A DNA stretch of 64,000 nt, taken from IMG/VR virus record IMGVR_UViG_3300044640_001495, positions 62,001-126,000 of that record, one strand, 5' to 3'. Both the position numbers and the translations under genes were made by a program. The notes under the pieces were generated by a model that had not been told where the DNA came from, did no database searches, and saw only the letters and a program-made list of their open reading frames with translations. Positions 61,301-64,000 of this stretch are shown here, piece by piece (positions within the stretch are counted from its first letter, which is position 1; each line of letters begins with the position of its first letter).

Positions 61301-62019
61301 ATTTCTAGTATCTCCTTGACAGCTTCGTGCCGTTCTACGTCACCCACAGTGAAGTGACATATGTCTACATATCTGTGATTTTCAAAGTTATTATATAACT
61401 TCAGGAATTCAAGCAACCCGTTATTGCTTGGGCGGTCGGCCTGCTGTAGATCTCCAGTCACAACCATTTTAGATCCCTGACCCAGCCTAGTCAGCAGCAT
61501 TTTCATCTGACTGGGTGTTGTGTTTTGCATTTCGTCGGCTATGATCACAGCGTTTTTAAATGTCCTACCTCGCATGTAGGCCAATGGACTGGTTTCGATG
61601 ATTCCCTCCGCAACCATGTGTTCAATCTCTTTGGCTGTGTAATTTTCTGCGATTACGTCAAAAATAGGTCTTGTCCATGGAGCCATCTTTTCATTGAGAT
61701 CTCCAGGTAAAAACCCATGCTCTTCATCTACTGAAACCGCTGGTCTGGTAATTATAATTTTGCTAGCATCACCGTACTTGAGTTGATCCACGGCCCATTG
61801 AACCGCTAGCATGGTTTTGCCCGTGCCAGCTGGACCTGTAGCAAATACGATCATTTTACTTGGATCGTTTAGCTTGAACAGGTAATCTTCTTGGTTTAGA
61901 TTTTTGGGATATAGTTGGACTCTAGGACGCTTTTGTGGTTGTTTATCTACTAGTTTGATTACGTTAGACGCTTGATAATGCTGGTTAGCGTTCAGTACTG
62001 CTGCTCTTTTTCGCTTCAT
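61285..62019 (-). CDS. phoH: PhoH-family ATPase
   Basis: GPAGTGKT, TRPAV, GFLPG, PLAYMRGRTF, DEMQN, TRLG and GDLQQAD motifs. Confidence 0.96.
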   Translation of the reverse strand: MKRKRAAVLNANQHYQASNVIKLVDKQPQKRPRVQLYPKNLNQEDYLFKLNDPSKMIVFATGPAGTGKTMLAVQWAVDQLKYGDASKIIITRPAVSVDEEHGFLPGDLNEKMAPWTRPIFDVIAENYTAKEIEHMVAEGIIETSPLAYMRGRTFKNAVIIADEMQNTTPSQMKMLLTRLGQGSKMVVTGDLQQADRPSNNGLLEFLKLYNNFENHRYVDICHFTVGDVERHEAVKEILEIYGDS

Positions 62020-62021
62020 AT

Positions 62022-62097
62022 AAGGTTAGCCCTCCTTTTACGTGTAGGCACGGACCTCAAACCGTTTGTGTCCGTGGCCGAACACAAAAGTATTTAA
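62022..62097 (-). promoter_or_regulatory. TAAATA motif plus leader with two mutually exclusive hairpins upstream of phoH
   Basis: Minus strand: UUUGUGUUCG/CGGACACAAA versus CACGGAC/GUCCGUG; SD AAGGAGG follows. Confidence 0.5.
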
Positions 62098-62161
62098 CGA
62101 TAACTCAAAAAAGTAATGTGTAATGATTATGTTTTGACGATAAATACAATTAGGAGAAATC

Positions 62162-62692
62162 ATGGCCGATATTAAAGACATCATTACAAACATAGAACAG
62201 CTTTACGGCTCAAACAGCAGCTTGAACATGCTCAAAGATTTTGAACGTGTTGTAGATGAGTTGGATGTCTATGTTTACGAAAACTGGATCGATGGCGAAC
62301 TGGTTGCCGGTCCCAAAGAATCACGCTACTTTGTAGAGTGTACGTTTATGTGGCCTGAAGAAAAAATGCCTGAACCTAAAGGTGGCAAGCGCCTACTAGA
62401 CTACGGTTGCAAAGTTCAATATGCCGAAAGCAGTATTTCTAAAGTAAGAAAGATTAAAACCGTAGATGATGTTCGTCCGGGTACAAAGAAAGGCAAAATT
62501 GATCATGAGCCTGTGTGGATGGTTAAAATTGTTATGCCTAAAAAATTAATGAACGACATCAATCGTGGTTATAAAAATCTTGATGCAAATAAGGTAGAAG
62601 ATATACTAAATCAAAACGGAGTAGTGGCATCTCAACCAGAAGATGCTGCACCAGCAGAGGGAGCCGCAGATGCCGCACAACCAACAGCTTAA
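62162..62692 (+). CDS. Hypothetical phage protein
   Basis: 176 aa, AGGAG SD, ATAAATA at 62140-62146. Confidence 0.75.
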   Translation: MADIKDIITNIEQLYGSNSSLNMLKDFERVVDELDVYVYENWIDGELVAGPKESRYFVECTFMWPEEKMPEPKGGKRLLDYGCKVQYAESSISKVRKIKTVDDVRPGTKKGKIDHEPVWMVKIVMPKKLMNDINRGYKNLDANKVEDILNQNGVVASQPEDAAPAEGAADAAQPTA

Positions 62693-63416
62693 CGAAGGAC
62701 TGCGTCCAATGGACCTAGCAGAGATGGTCAATGATACATTTGAAGTTGATACCTTTCGATCAAAGATGGGCGAGGATCGTGATGTATGCGTGTTAACATT
62801 TACTGTCCTTGATAGAAATCCTGCAAAGGATCTAATGGAGTTTATTGAAAAGGGCTACGACTTTGTGTTAGACGCTGATGTCAGCAGTGGCGAAAATACC
62901 AACGGCGAGTATAGTGTATTTGTTGAACTGTCAAGAACTAAAGACCTTGCTGAACAGATTAAAGAATTAACCTATGGTATTAAAAAACTTACAGGTATTA
63001 GTGATTGGGAATTTCGTTATCACAAAGACGGCAAGAAGTTTCAAGTATCTGAAGAAACTCTTAAGTCAGTTATTCCTCCAACGCCTGGAGCCTATGACGG
63101 CCTAATGAGCAAAATGCGTGTCGAAGGAATCAAACGTTTCTTTAGTAAAACACTAATGGACGACTTAACCTTAGATGGAGATGTAATTACCATTCACAAA
63201 CCGTTTAATCGACAGGTTAAACTTCGTATGGTTAAAGAAGCTGCCACTGATTCTATCCTAGAAGGTGTGGTAGATCCCATCACAATGGATGATGTTTCTA
63301 CTAGTGAAGTGTTTTGGCTAACTAAAGTTTTAGGTGACTATAATATCAACAAGGTTGGTAATAATTTTATGTTTGACAACAAGGGTCAAGCAATGCTACT
63401 TCAAAGGATGGAATAA
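62670..63416 (+). CDS. Hypothetical phage protein
   Basis: LNEGLRPMDL...DTFRSKMGED...DADVSSGE pattern; start refined. Confidence 0.75.
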   Translation: MPHNQQLNEGLRPMDLAEMVNDTFEVDTFRSKMGEDRDVCVLTFTVLDRNPAKDLMEFIEKGYDFVLDADVSSGENTNGEYSVFVELSRTKDLAEQIKELTYGIKKLTGISDWEFRYHKDGKKFQVSEETLKSVIPPTPGAYDGLMSKMRVEGIKRFFSKTLMDDLTLDGDVITIHKPFNRQVKLRMVKEAATDSILEGVVDPITMDDVSTSEVFWLTKVLGDYNINKVGNNFMFDNKGQAMLLQRME

Positions 63417-64000
63417 TGAGCTTTACATTTAACTTCACAAAACAACAACTTAAAGAAATGATTCCAAAGAATCCCTATGTGGATCAATGGTTTGAAGCCA
63501 TAAGTGAAATACTTCCCGAGTATGAAATCACAACGCCCCAGCGTGTGGCAGCTTTCCTAGCACAGTGCGCTCACGAAAGCGGTGGCTTTGTTTTCCTAAA
63601 AGAAAACCTAAACTACAAGGCAGCTAGTCTACGCAGAGTGTTTCCTAAGTATTTTCCAGATGATGCCATTGCTGCTCAGTATGCAGGCAAGGGCGAAATG
63701 ATTGCCAACCGAGTCTATGCTAACCGTATGGGTAATGGTGACGAAGCCAGCGGTGACGGATGGCGCTACTGTGGTCGTGGTCTTATTCAATTGACTGGCA
63801 AGAACAACTATACATTCTTTGCAGGATCACTAGATATCCCTGTAGAAGAAGCCAGCGAATACCTACAGACATTTGAAGGCGCTGTGCAATCCGCCTGCTT
63901 CTTCTGGGAACAAAACAAATTGAACCAATGGGCAGATGCCGGTGACATTCTAACACTGACAAAAAGAATCAACGGTGGCACTATTGGTCTAGAAGATCGC
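63416..64000 (+). CDS. Glycoside hydrolase family 19 endolysin (truncated at window end)
   Basis: Translation from ATG 63416: RVAAFLAQCAHESGGF...ENLNY...ANRVYANRMGNGDEASGDGWRYCGRGLIQLTGKNNY; missing from the ORF track because there is no stop codon. Confidence 0.92.
   Translation, partial: MSFTFNFTKQQLKEMIPKNPYVDQWFEAISEILPEYEITTPQRVAAFLAQCAHESGGFVFLKENLNYKAASLRRVFPKYFPDDAIAAQYAGKGEMIANRVYANRMGNGDEASGDGWRYCGRGLIQLTGKNNYTFFAGSLDIPVEEASEYLQTFEGAVQSACFFWEQNKLNQWADAGDILTLTKRINGGTIGLEDR

Noticed and set aside
1-64000. Stop-codon reassignment (code 15 or code 4)
   Set aside because: Known genes (thyX, kdsA, uvsE, phoH, the 2453-aa protein) are full length in code 11; TAA, TAG and TGA all end genes at expected positions; no suppressor tRNA seen.
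1-64000. CRISPR array, DGR, retron, integrase or IS element
   Set aside because: No spaced direct-repeat array, reverse transcriptase, recombinase or transposase motif was seen; very degenerate repeats could be missed by eye.

Overview
This is a 64 kb segment of a large T4-like tailed phage (Caudoviricetes), most likely a freshwater-type 'huge phage'; a proteobacterial host (possibly Burkholderiales) is inferred from its IscU/IscA and Bug/TctC genes. It is gene-dense, uses the standard genetic code, and shows no CRISPR array, integrase, transposase or reverse transcriptase. 1-5.7 kb: eight CCA-ending tRNAs interleaved with small ORFs, rpoZ, infA, a metallophosphoesterase and two unexplained highly structured non-coding stretches. 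5.8-7.6 kb: a virion fibre-like gene. 7.6-27.9 kb: an AT-rich, strand-alternating enzyme island with about 9 HxD...H dioxygenase-type proteins, 3 delta-9-type desaturases, a fatty-acid hydroxylase, 2 PP-loop ATPases, an ATP-grasp ligase, 2 radical SAM enzymes, a PLP enzyme, a sulfotransferase, an APS kinase-nucleotidyltransferase fusion and a Bug/TctC binding protein. 28.0 kb: a 111-nt tRNA-like gene with its own promoter, a CAU loop and extended anticodon and variable arms. 28-41 kb: thyX, queD, kdsA, uvsE, SOD, iscU, iscA and hypotheticals. 41-57.5 kb: baseplate/tail genes, including a 2453-aa protein and an S8 protease. 57.5-64 kb: DnaE-like fragment, GroES, MazG-like protein, clamp loader, PhoH and a truncated GH19 endolysin. 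The best candidates for new biology are the enzyme island, the oversized tRNA, and several structured RNAs and leaders. All protein calls come from motif recognition by eye; no database search or RNA folding program was run.
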